DNA of 22,782 nucleotides. Origin: Octopus sinensis (taxonomy: Eukaryota). How positions within the stretch are numbered: position 1 is the first letter of the stretch; the number at the start of each line of letters is the position of its first letter. Made by a program: the position numbers and the translations under genes. The stretch spans positions 1 through 22,782 of the forward strand of contig NW_021836775.1 of the NCBI RefSeq assembly GCF_006345805.1, written 5' to 3'. The notes below the pieces were generated by a model. It worked only from the letters and a program-made list of their open reading frames with translations, was not told the origin of the DNA and did not search any database. This document shows, one piece after another, positions 1 through 9,860 of this stretch.

Positions 1-140
1 GAAACTATGTACACACACATATGGACACATACATTCGTAAATACATATACTAATATATACAGGCATACGTACATACACACACACAAACGCACACATATAT
101 ATACACACACATATATTGATATACACACACACATATATAT
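1..140. repeat. Degenerate (AC)n/(AT)n microsatellite
   Basis: Alternating acac/atat tracts; source of the HTYI-type spurious ORF. Confidence 0.9.
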
Positions 141-141
141 A

Positions 142-518
142 CTAGCAGTATCGCCCGGCGTTGCTCGGGTTTGTTTCGACCGTTTAGAATTGGAATTTTT
201 CAAAAGTAAAAATGTTGCATTATGTACCTTGTTATTCCCTTTAAGTGAACATTTTTCTGGTTGAAATACACCGAAAAATGGCGACACAGCAGTAAAAAAA
301 CCGTAAAAAATAGGGATTTTCATAGAAAGAAAAGCACCTTTTTGATGTAAATAATTGTTGGTCTTAACATGGTCCGATTTGAATTTTTTTTGTACTGAAG
401 GAAGAGCAAACCTTCTTCTATCATACTCTCAAATTTGGTTAACTTGCGCTGCGGGGTCTCGGAGGAGAGAGTGTTAGTTGAGGCTACCAAGCCTGCCATA
501 CACAGACAACTTCAGCTT

Positions 519-520
<2 letters not shown>
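142..520 (-). mobile_element. Non-autonomous Helitron-like element
   Basis: Minus strand ends ...CCCGAGCAACGCCGGG-CGATACTG-CTAG followed by T: a GC-rich hairpin (154-169) about 8 nt before a CTAG terminus (142-145), the canonical Helitron 3' end. The other end runs into (TA)n; the 5' TC may lie near 666. Confidence 0.7.
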
Positions 521-611
<91 letters not shown>

Positions 612-643
612 TCATATATATACATATATATATATATTATATA

Positions 644-687
<44 letters not shown>

Positions 688-697
688 GAGGAGAGAA
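519..697. repeat. (TA)n followed by (GA)n microsatellite
   Basis: Read directly from sequence. Confidence 0.95.
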
Positions 698-849
698 ATT
701 GAGAGTACAGTATGGTATAGTTTAGTAGAGTTAAGTATAGGGATAATATATGTGGGTGGTGTGTTGAGTGTAGAGCGAATGTATATTTGCGTATATTGTG
801 TAGCTAATCCATCACGACGACACACATTTTACCGCGGTCACCTGATTCC

Positions 850-1000
850 CTAAAAATAGTAGCTAAATCTCTCTCATATCATACCTTATTTCTTTTTATT
901 TCAAGTATCGTTTTTATTTGAAGTATATGACACACTGGATAATGCTTAGTTGAACTAAATAAGAGACAGGATGATCGTACTTGGAATATCTTTGATCGAT
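850..1000 (+). repeat. Old interspersed repeat beginning CTAAAAATAGYAGCYAAATCTC
   Basis: The same motif recurs near 1527, 4016, 7705 and 18602; the copies at 850 and 4016 share weak downstream similarity. Confidence 0.6.
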
Positions 1001-1126
1001 TATTCTTGACATGGGTTTGAATGTCATCCAGCAGGGAAAAAAAACCATAACAAGATCAAAAATTTCATCGTAAAATAAAAAACACGATGTACAATATCGT
1101 ATGACACATTATGGCACATATAAATA

Positions 1127-1361
1127 TCTATTTCTTTATTACCCACAAGGGGCTAAACACGGAGAGGACAAACAAGGACAGACAAACGGATTAAGTCGAT
1201 TATATCGACCCCAGTGCGTAACTGGTACTTATTTAATCGACCCCGAAAGGATGAAAGGCAAATTGGACCTCGGCGGAATTTGAACTCAGAACGTAGTGGG
1301 GGACAAAATACGGCTACGCGTTTCGCCTGGCGTGCTAACGTGTCTGCCAGCTCGCCGCCTT
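1127..1361 (-). mobile_element. tRNA-derived SINE family A (Nin/Deu-like core GCCTTTCATCCTTTCGGGGTCGAT), with TSD
   Basis: Reverse complement matches copies at 12935 and 17184 (GGCGGCGAGCTGGCAGA head, GAGTTCAAATTCC B-box). 16-bp TSD ATRGCACATATAAATA at 1111-1126 and 1363-1378 (one mismatch). Confidence 0.9.
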
Positions 1362-1605
1362 AATAGCACATATAAATACCAAGTGCATTGTGCATTTGAG
1401 TACGTTGTGTAGCTACCCCATCGCGGCGACACACATCCTACCTAAATCTTACTTCACAAGCAGTATGGCACCAAATTTCAATCTCACCAAACTTTGCACT
1501 TACCAATGAGGTAGCTTCCCGATTTCCTAAAAATAGTTGCTAAATCTCTCTCATATCATAATTTTTCAGGAGAGATATTTATAAATTTCAAAGATATTCA
1601 AAATT

Positions 1606-2462
1606 TTAATCTCCTTCAAAGTAAGTTCCTCCAACTTCAATGCACTTGTTGTAGCACTTCAATCACTGTTCTAGCACTTCAACCTCTTCATGAAGTTGTC
1701 CAGGACACTTCAACAGCCTCTTTTCATCTTCTTCAATATGGGAACCAACCAAAAGTCATAAGAAGCAAGGTTTGGACTGTTGGAAGGGCAAGATATAATC
1801 TTGATAACCATCTCCGCTAAGTAATTATTAACCAGGATGGGATTTTAGACTGGTGTATTGTCCTGGTGTAGGTGCTGTGCTCTGGCTTTTTGCGACTATA
1901 TCTCTTCCTCGACTTCCACAAAACATCAATAAAGTACTATTTGTTAATCGTCCTGCCAGGGGAACCCAGTTTGTTTGTTTGTTCCTTCTCGACCCATGCC
2001 TGGCTCATAAAGGGCCGGTTTCCTGGTTTCATCAGCGTATAGGTTCCCCACCTGAACAGGATGCCGGTCCGTCGCAGGTGAGCTGCAAGATGCAGGAGCA
2101 AAGAGCGAGAGAAAGTTGTGGTGAAAGAGTTAGCAGAAGTTCGCCATTACCTTCTGCCGGAGCCGCATGGAGCTTAGGTGTTTCGCTCATAAACACTCAC
2201 ATCGCCCGGTCTGTGATTCGAGCCCACGAGCCCGTTGCTCTAACCACTAGGCCATGTACCTCCACTAGGGGAACCTTACAGTGAATGTAGATGATTCCCA
2301 AATGGGAATCATCAGGTGTTTCCTGGTGGACTTGTTTTCCCTGGCCTCTAGCCAAGTCAATCTATATACAGCTTTGAGTATTCCATAGGTATTTGTAGCG
2401 TTTTGGCCCAGTTTAACACAAACCTTTATTGCATAGCCAGCTTCCAAACATCCCACCTGCAT
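1606..2462 (-). pseudogene. Decayed, internally deleted mariner transposase interrupted by a SINE
   Basis: Minus-strand translations: N-terminal YAIKVCVKLGQNATNTYGILKAVY (2265-2462 ORF), HQDNTPV (~1848-1868), CPSNSPNLASYDFWLVP (~1741-1790; cf. PPYSPDLAPCDFWLFP) and C-terminal KCIEVGGTYFEGD* with stop at 1606-1608. Confidence 0.85.
1969..2265 (-). mobile_element. tRNA-derived SINE family B
   Basis: High similarity to 6822-7125; A-box TGGCCTAGTGG on the minus strand; (AAAC)n tail; candidate TSD AGGGGAACC at 1958-1966 and 2267-2275; short deletion in the tRNA head relative to the other copy. Confidence 0.9.
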
Positions 2463-2913
2463 TCTGCAAACTAGTCCGCTGTGACAAATAGTGTTTAGTA
2501 GGGAGTGTTAAAAGTGCAGTTGCAGGTGTCTCCCTCAATCTTGAATAGTAAAAGTTGGTGGGTCAGTTTGGTAGACGTGTAGTAATGATGTATTAAAATT
2601 ACAATAATCTAGAATAATTTTATCTGCTTCTCCTAAAAATATTTCAAAATTCTATCATGCACAACATATATAAATAAACCAGGGCATACACTGTGTATGT
2701 AGAAAGGAATGCTCCGGGTACGAATTTCAAGGAACAAATTCTCCTCACTTTGATGAGAGTTCGAACAATATGAACAACGCAGACAGTAATGGATCTGGTA
2801 TTAACAGTCAACTATGAGACTTGTTTCGGTCGTATTAGACCTTCTCAGTGAATCGGTGAAGCACATTCTTCGCAGTTGGTAAGTGTAAGAATGATCAATC
2901 TGTGTATGTGTGA

Positions 2914-3125
2914 TAGAGAGAGAGAAGAGGAAAGAGAGAGAGTGTAGAGAGAGGAGGGAGAGAGAGGAAGAAGAGAGAGGGGGAGAGAAAGGAGGAAGAG
3001 AGAGAGGAGAGGGGGAGCGGTGCGTGTGGATCTGTGTGTCGTATGTGAATGTGTATAAATGTATAATATATGTGTTTACATATACATATATATAGATAGA
3101 TTCATAGATACATATATATGGATAT
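2914..3125. repeat. GA-rich then TG/TA low-complexity tract
   Basis: Read directly from sequence. Confidence 0.85.
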
Positions 3126-3203
3126 ATATTATCACTATGGACTCCGTGTGGGCAGTCATCTAAAAGTTTTTGTTCGTCATGATGCTGACATAAGTTCCTT
3201 GTC

Positions 3204-3284
3204 TTTCCTGATGAGAAGGCGGCATAATGCACCCTTTATTCCTTCGGAATTAGGAATATGCAGTATTCGAAACATATGTCGAGA
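3204..3284 (+). ncRNA. Candidate minimal type I hammerhead ribozyme (Penelope-like element type)
   Basis: TTTC-CTGATGA(3208-3214)-G...long imperfect stem II...C-GAAA(3269-3272)-C-ATAT-G-TC(3280)-GAGA. Complete core consensus, palindromic ACATATGT stem III, 4-bp stem I, followed by AATAAA (3284-3289). Confidence 0.7.
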
Positions 3285-3326
3285 ATAAAGGAATTTTGTT
3301 AAATCGTCATTCGACTCCATTCTTTC

Positions 3327-3333
<7 letters not shown>

Positions 3334-3361
<28 letters not shown>

Positions 3362-3364
3362 GAT

Positions 3365-3433
<69 letters not shown>

Positions 3434-3535
3434 TACACACACATCTGTGTGTACATATGTGTATGTGTGTATAAATATATGGAAGAGAGAGAGAGAGACA
3501 AACAGAGAAAGACATACAGATAGAGAGTGGGGAAA
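3334..3535. repeat. (TA)n and GA-rich microsatellites
   Basis: Read directly from sequence. Confidence 0.9.
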
Positions 3536-4328
3536 ATGATATAGTGATTTATAAATATCAGGAAGAGAATGGAAGAGCAACCTGCAAAGTAAATATTAAC
3601 ACGACAGGAATGGGTTATCACATGGAAAGTTTTGATTACCTAACAATTAGAAGAACATATTTCGCTTCTGGTGTCCCCAGAATATTAGATGAACGGCTAA
3701 GGGAGATAACTGTAAGTAGATCCACTGGTTGAAGTCTGTATGGGAATCAAAAACTTCTGGTTTCATTAAATTGAAACAGCGTTGGTTTTCTCTCATGCCG
3801 AATAAGTTATCTCCTGGGAGGATCTGAAATACTCCCTTTCATAATGAAATGAAAGTTACGCGAAACGTTGGAGGGGAACTAATAATTAATAATTAACTGA
3901 GAATATATAACAGATATCTACATATTGATAACATATACAAGGGCAGCAAGAATAACAACAAAGCCTATCAGTCACCATCAGTCATGGGGTTCAGCTATCT
4001 AGTCATTGAACTTTCTAAAAATAGCAGCCAAATTACATTAAATTACGCGATAACGTCTTAATACATGAAGTATAAATTGGGCAATTTCGTCTTAGATACA
4101 ACATATAATCTGAAATTTTATAGAAAATATATTTGGGAACATACCAGCAGAAACATCATTAATTATAGATCTGCTCGATGAAGGCTGCCCAGCAACAAAA
4201 TAAATAACTATTGATGCTGCAGTAGATATTGAAACTTATGTTGGTATTACAGCTCTATATCTAAGAGTTGAGGAATTATGTACATTATTTACATTCGACG
4301 GATATTTGTCCTCATCTTGTTTGTTGTT

Positions 4329-4370
4329 AACACAACGTTTTGACTGATATAACCTCCAGCCTTCTTCAGG
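4329..4370 (-). ncRNA. Degenerate minimal hammerhead motif (G12 to A; 5' strand of stem I truncated)
   Basis: Minus strand reads C-CTGAAGAA-GGCTG-loop-CAGTC-AAAACGTT-GTGTT. Confidence 0.55.
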
Positions 4371-4493
4371 TTAATCACTACGACATATGCCCGTGGGCAT
4401 ATGGCGTAGTGGTTAAGAGCACGGGCTACTAACCTCAAGATTCCGAGTTCGATTCTAAGCAGTGACCTGAACAACAACAACAACAACAACAAC

Positions 4494-4546
<53 letters not shown>

Positions 4547-4670
4547 TAAGAAGAAGAAGAAGAAAGAAGAAGAAGAAGAAGAAGAAGAAGAAGAAGAAGA
4601 AGAAGAAGAAGAAAGAAGAAGAAGAAGAAGAAGACGACGAAAAATACTTTAGGAATGAGAATTTCCCCAA

Positions 4671-4716
4671 GACACCTGAAAAAGGCTGGAGGGTATATCA
4701 GCCGAAACGTTGTGCT
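4671..4716 (+). ncRNA. Degenerate minimal hammerhead motif (G8 to A)
   Basis: GACAC-CTGAAAAA-GGCTG-loop-CAGCC-GAAACGTT-GTGCT; 5-bp stem II and palindromic AACGTT. The inverted copy has the intact CTGAAGAA. Confidence 0.6.
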
Positions 4717-5187
4717 AACAACAAACAAGATGAGGACAAATATCCGTTGAATGTAAATAATGTTATATTGGTATTTTACATTGGTGCAAGGCCAAAAGTT
4801 GTTACCAGGAGATTTCAACACGTATGATAACAAGTGCTAACTGTAAAGACCTTGCCAGAAATGCAACGTATAGTGGACCTCAGTGAAATTTGAACGTAGA
4901 TAGACGACACTCAACACTAGTAAAATAATGAGTTAAAATTTTAGAGGCAGGCGTATTTGGTACTTATGAATTCTGGATGAAATGACCGTGAGCCAAATTC
5001 GAAGCCAGAAAGGGACCTCACTTGGTAATGAAGTAATTCAATCAACCCAATAGAAAATTCTATTTTTTCTTTCAGGCAGCGATGAGGAGCGGCTGATACT
5101 CTGATCATACTAGGTATCTTCATGAGAGAAGAATGGGATTGATGTGACTGATGTCTGTAAAAGTTGTATGAATGAGGAATAAACATT

Positions 5188-5348
5188 GGCGCAGGAGTGG
5201 CTATGTGGTAAGTAGCTTGCTTACCAGCCACATGGTTCCAGGTTCAGTCCCACTGCGTGGAACCTTGGGCAAGTGCCTTCTACTATAGCCTCGGGCCGAC
5301 CAAACCCTTGAGGGTGGATTTGGTAGACGGAAACTGAAAGAAGCCGTC

Positions 5349-5413
<65 letters not shown>

Positions 5414-5636
5414 GTGTGTATATGTTTGTGTGTTTGCGTTTGTCCCCCTAACATCGCTTGACAACCGATGCTGGTGTGTTTACGCCCCCGTAACTTAGCG
5501 GTTCGGCAAAAGAGACCGATAGAATAAGTATTAGGCTTACAACGAATAAGTCCTGGGGTCGATGTGCTCGACTAAAGGCGGTGCTCCAGCATGGCCACAG
5601 TCAAATGACTGAAACAAGTGAAAGAGTAAAAGAGTA
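5188..5636 (+). mobile_element. tRNA-derived SINE family C with internal TA/TG microsatellite
   Basis: GGCGCAGGAGTGGCT head, GGTTCAGTCC B-box, CCTTGGGCAAGTG (CORE-like) motif and AAAGAGT repeat tail; matches 10168-10572 in inverted orientation. Confidence 0.9.
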
Positions 5637-6821
5637 TTGGGCGAAATGCCTAAGTGCGGAATCGAGGAAGTGAGAGACAATAAGAATAGCAAGAGAAAGA
5701 GAATTGGGTGTGTCTGAGAGCAAAAATATCAGAGAAGTAGAAAGAAAAAATGTGGTTAAGGTAAAAATAAAAAGCAGATAGAAGAAATAACTTGCTTATA
5801 CATGTATAGGTGAAGCTTGTTGAACGAATTTTGTTAGTTTTGTTTTCTTTGAGAAAATGGTCTGGAATTTATGTTGAGTGCAATAGCATCAGCACTTACA
5901 GATATGTAAGTAAAAAGTTTAGTGTGCTCTGAGATGTTCCTCTGTGCATGTGTGCGTATGCGTGAGCGCACTTGTGTGTGTGTGTGTGTGTCACAGCAGA
6001 ACTGCCCCAGATATCTGAGTAGTCCTGCACTATGTCTTGGAGTTAAGAATGTTTGTGCCTGGTATGGTAACAACACCGCTGTCTCAGATATGTAAGCCAT
6101 ACTGAAATATAAGTTTAGCACGTATGTGTAACAACAGCGCTGTCCGAGTTATGTGAACAGTAGTTTAATGTGGTTTACGATAGATGTTTGTAGTAACGGG
6201 AGTAGTCTCCGATACATTCGCAGTACTGTATTGTGGTCTAGGATGTATTTACATGCAACAGAGACAATATTTCTGATATGTATGCAAGTCTGTTATATGG
6301 TCCAGAATATAGGAGTATCAGTAACATTGCCCCTGATACACGAGTAGTGCTATAATATGGTCTAGGACGGCTCCGTGCCTAACGGCAGCACTGCGATTTG
6401 GTCGAGGATGGATATGTGAAACAAACAGTAGCATTGTCCTAGAAAAGTGAGCAATACTTCAGTATTTGTCTAAGAAATATGAGAGCAATAACATCACTGC
6501 CTCAGACGTGAGCAGTATCGTGTTGTGGCTTAGGATGCCTGTCTGCATATTAGCAGTACTGTCCGAATGAAATATGGTGTAGAATGCCTCTGTGTGTAAC
6601 AGTAGCATTGTCCTAGATATGTGTGCAGTACAGTATCGTGGTTTCAGATGTCTGAATGCGTTATAGCACCAATGTCCAAGATATGTGGTCAATAGAATAT
6701 TTTGGTCTCGGCCGTCTGCTTGTGTATAGGAGAAGCATTATACCAGATATGTGAGTTGTAGTGCGACGTGAATGTAAGATGTCTATACATGTAACATCTG
6801 CACTGTACCAGGTATGTGAAT

Positions 6822-7125
6822 GTTTTTTGTTCCTTCTCGAGCTATGCCTGACACACAAGGGCCGGTTTCCCGGTTTCATCAGCGTATTGGTTCCCCACCT
6901 GGATGGGATGCTGGTCCGTCGCAAGTGAGCAGCTAGATGCAGGAGGAAAGAATGAGAGAAAGTTGTGGCGAAAGAGTCAGCAGAAGTTCGACATTACTTT
7001 CTGCCGGATCTGCGTGGAGCTTAGGTGTTTCACTCACAAACACACACATCGCCCGGTCTGAGATTCGAACCCGCGATCCCTCAACCGCCAGTCCACTGCT
7101 CTAACCACTAGGCCATGTGCCTCCC
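6822..7125 (-). mobile_element. tRNA-derived SINE family B, full length with TSD
   Basis: A-box TGGCCTAGTGG and B-box GGTTCGAATC on the minus strand; exact 12-bp TSD AGGTATGTGAAT at 6810-6821 and 7128-7139. Confidence 0.92.
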
Positions 7126-7187
7126 AAAGGTATGTGAATAGTTATTATAATAGTGACTCTTGAGATGTTCATATGCGAGTGTACCGG

Positions 7188-7283
7188 GTACGTTGGAGGC
7201 ATTGTAATGTGTGTAATGTGTGTACGTTGGAGGCATTGTAATGTGTGTAATGTGTGTACGTTGGAGGCATTGTAATGTGTGTA
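7188..7283. repeat. 34-bp perfect tandem repeat, ~2.8 copies
   Basis: GTACGTTGGAGGCATTGTAATGTGTGTAATGTGT starts at 7188, 7222 and 7256. Confidence 0.95.
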
Positions 7284-7814
7284 TAAAAAGAGAACTGTTT
7301 CAGGTAAGTTAGTAGTATTGTAATTTGGGTTTAGAATGTTCGTATGTGCAATACCAGCATTGTCCACATGAGCAGTACCGTATTGTGAATCTGACATGTG
7401 GTGTGTGTGTGTGTATGTGTAACACTAGCACAGTTCTATATATGTGTGTCTAGGATGCCTAGGTGTAAGAGCAGTCCTGTAATGTGCGTCTTAATTCACG
7501 CTCTTACAAGGCCCAGAATATTTCGTAAATAATCAACCCTAATAGTTAACTGGTATTCGTTTATTAGTGAAGGGGATGGAATCCCCAAAGTGACCGCACT
7601 TGACCGCCACTGAATATATTAGAGTATAGCAACACTAGAAGAAACCGCAGGAGCAGTTACGTCAACAACAGCACAAACAATGCTAGCCATGGTCAATCGA
7701 TCTGTTAAAATAGCAGCCAAATCTTTCTCAAATCAAATCTCAAAGGCCCGAAACTACGCGAACGCCACGGCTGGAAAGCATTTCACCAGAAGTTTTGTTA
7801 TTGCTGTGGAACCA

Positions 7815-7901
7815 ACAGCAGCTGTAGTAGTAGTAGTAGTAGAGTAATTGTGGTGGTGGTGGTGGTGGTGGTAGGTGAAGGAGCTGCAGCAGCAGCAGCG
7901 A

Positions 7902-7943
<42 letters not shown>

Positions 7944-8032
7944 CAGCAGCAGCAACAGGAGCAGCAGTAATAGTAATAGTAATTGTAGTAGTAGTAGTAG
8001 TAGTAGTAGCAGGAGGAGGAGGAGGAGGAGGA
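7815..8032. repeat. Compound trinucleotide microsatellite (TAG/TGG/CAG/GGA)
   Basis: Read directly from sequence. Confidence 0.95.
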
Positions 8033-8085
8033 AAAGGAGCTGCCGCAATTCTTAGCAGTAGAAAAGAAAAAATTAGTATAGCACT

Positions 8086-8950
8086 AGCCAGAGTAAGAGT
8101 AGCTGGAGTGGTAATGACGTGGTTGTGGTTTCGGTGGTAGTTTACGGTAGAGGCAGCCAGAGTAAGAGTAGCTGGAGTGGTAATGATGTGGTTGTGGTTT
8201 CGGTGGTAGTTTACGGTAGAGGCAGCCAGAGTAAGAGTAGCTGGAGTGGTAATGACGTGGTTGTGGTTTCGGTGGTAGTTTACGGTAGAAGCAGCCAGAG
8301 TAAGAGTAGCAAGAGTGGTAATGATGTGGTTGTGGTTTCGGTGGTAGTTTACGGTGGAGATAGCCAGACTAATAGTAGCAGAAGTGGTAATGTTGTGGTT
8401 GTGGTTTTGGTGGTAGTTTACGGTAGAGGCAGCCAGACTAATAGTAGCAGAAGTGGTAATGTTGTGGTTGTGGTTTCGGTGGTAGTTTACGGTAGAGGCA
8501 GCCAGAGTAATAGTAGCAGAAGTGGTAATGTTGTGGTTGTGGTTTCGGTGGCTGTTAATGGTAGAGGTAGCCAGAGTAATAGTTGCAGGAGTGGTAATGT
8601 TGTGGTTGTAGTTTCGGTGGTTGTTAATGGTAGAGGTAGCCAGAGTAATAGCAGCAGGAGTGGTATTGTTGTGGTTGTGGTTTCGGTGGTAGTTTACGGT
8701 AGAGGCAGCCAGAGTAATAGTAGCAAGAGTGGTATTGTTGTGGTTGTAGTTTCGGTGGTAGTTAATGGTAGAGGTAGTCAGAGTAATAGTAGCAGAAGTG
8801 GTAATGTTGTGGTTGTGGTTTCTGTGGTAGTTTATGGTAGAGGTAGCCAGAGTAATAGTTGCAGGAGTGGTAATGTTGTGGTTGTAGTTTAGGTGGTAGT
8901 ATTTAATTGTAGAGGTAGCCATATTAATAGTAGCAGGAGTGGTAATGTGG
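8086..8950. repeat. 69-bp minisatellite, ~12.5 copies
   Basis: AGCCAGAG anchors at 8086, 8155, 8224 ... 8845 and 8917; produces 23-aa periodic ORFs on both strands. Confidence 0.95.
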
Positions 8951-9184
8951 TGCTGGGGTGGTGATGACAGTAACTGTAAAAGTGGTAGTAGTGTTACTTG
9001 TGGTAGTGATGGTAGTTGTAGTACTAATAGTGGTAACGGTTGCGATGATAGTACTGGTGATAGTAGTAACGGTGGTGGAGGTGGTAGATGTGTGTTGGTG
9101 GTGGTGGTGGCTGGGGCAGTAGTATTTGTAGTTGTAGAGGTTTGGGCGATAGTATACTGGTAGCTGCGTTGTTAACGTTGTAGT

Positions 9185-9805
9185 GAGAGTTTCGAGGAAG
9201 AGAGAGAGAGAGAGATGGAAGAAAAAGAGGGAAAAAAAGGAGAGATGAAGGTATAAGACGGTGATAGGGAGAGTGAGGAGAGGGGAGAGGAGGAGGGAGT
9301 GGGGATGTAATTGTCCGGCAGAGAGTTGTATAGAGAACGAGTATGTCTGTCTTTATAACTTTATATCTGTCTCTCTCTCGTCTCATTTCTATGTTCTTCT
9401 CTCTCACCGTCTATCTCTCCATCTATCTATCTTTCTATCCATCTATCTATTCTGTCTCTCCCCATTTCTCTCTCTCTCTCTCTTTCTCTCACATTATCTA
9501 TCTATCTATCTAACTCAGTCTTCTTCTGTCTCTCACCATCTCTCTTTCTCTTTCTATCTGTATTTTTGTCTCTATCTTTCTCTCTCTCCCTTTCTCTCTC
9601 TCCCTTTCTCTCTCTCTCTCTCTCCCTTCCTCTCTCTCTCTCTCCATTTCTCTCTCTCTCTCTCTCTCCTCTCTCCGTCAATGTGTGACTCTTTTTTTTT
9701 ATCCCTCGCACACTCGCCCACACTCTTTATTTCCATTTCTGTGTGACTTTTCCTATCTCTCTCCCTCTCTCTCCCTCTCTCTCCCCCTCTCTCTCTCTCC
9801 CCCTC

Positions 9806-9853
<48 letters not shown>

Positions 9854-9860
9854 CCTCTCT
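9185..9860. repeat. Polypurine (GA) tract followed by a long polypyrimidine (CT) tract
   Basis: GA-rich at ~9195-9305, CT-rich at ~9365-9860. Confidence 0.9.

Larger units (their letters stand above)
4254..4763. mobile_element. Head-to-head palindromic retroelement: tRNA-like head, microsatellites and hammerhead-bearing tail
   Basis: 89-bp inverted arms at 4282-4370 and 4675-4763; 22-bp hairpin arms at 4371-4392 and 4395-4416; A-box TGGCGTAGTGG (4402-4412) and B-box GAGTTCGATTC (4445-4455); internal (CAA)n(TAA)n(GAA)n at ~4470-4638. Confidence 0.75.
5860..7480. repeat. Ancient, highly diverged ~60-65 bp minisatellite
   Basis: Recurring motif TGTAACAGTAGCATTGTC...GATATGTGAGCAGTACTGTATTGTGGTCTAGGATG, with anchors near 6234, 6298, 6358, 6465, 6525, 6638 and 6703; boundaries approximate. 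Confidence 0.65.

Noticed and set aside
2013-2040. CTGATGA...GAAAC on the minus strand of SINE B (also near 6861-6885)
   Set aside because: Only AACCAG or AACCGG lies between the motifs, so no stem II can form and there is no UH cleavage site.
1853-2284. 143-aa + strand ORF
   Set aside because: It is antisense read-through of a mariner remnant and a SINE B copy.
2745-2790. TTGATGAG-AGTTC...GAAC hammerhead-like fragment
   Set aside because: U3-G8 combination, and no GAAA or cleavage triplet follows.
3544-3732. 62-aa complex-looking ORF
   Set aside because: GTG start, no recognisable motif and no convincing splice sites.
4395-4468. Functional tRNA gene
   Set aside because: A and B boxes are present but the acceptor and T stems do not pair and there is no poly-T terminator; treated as a SINE head.
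8086-8950. CRISPR-like array
   Set aside because: Contiguous tandem units without unique spacers, in a eukaryotic context with no cas genes.
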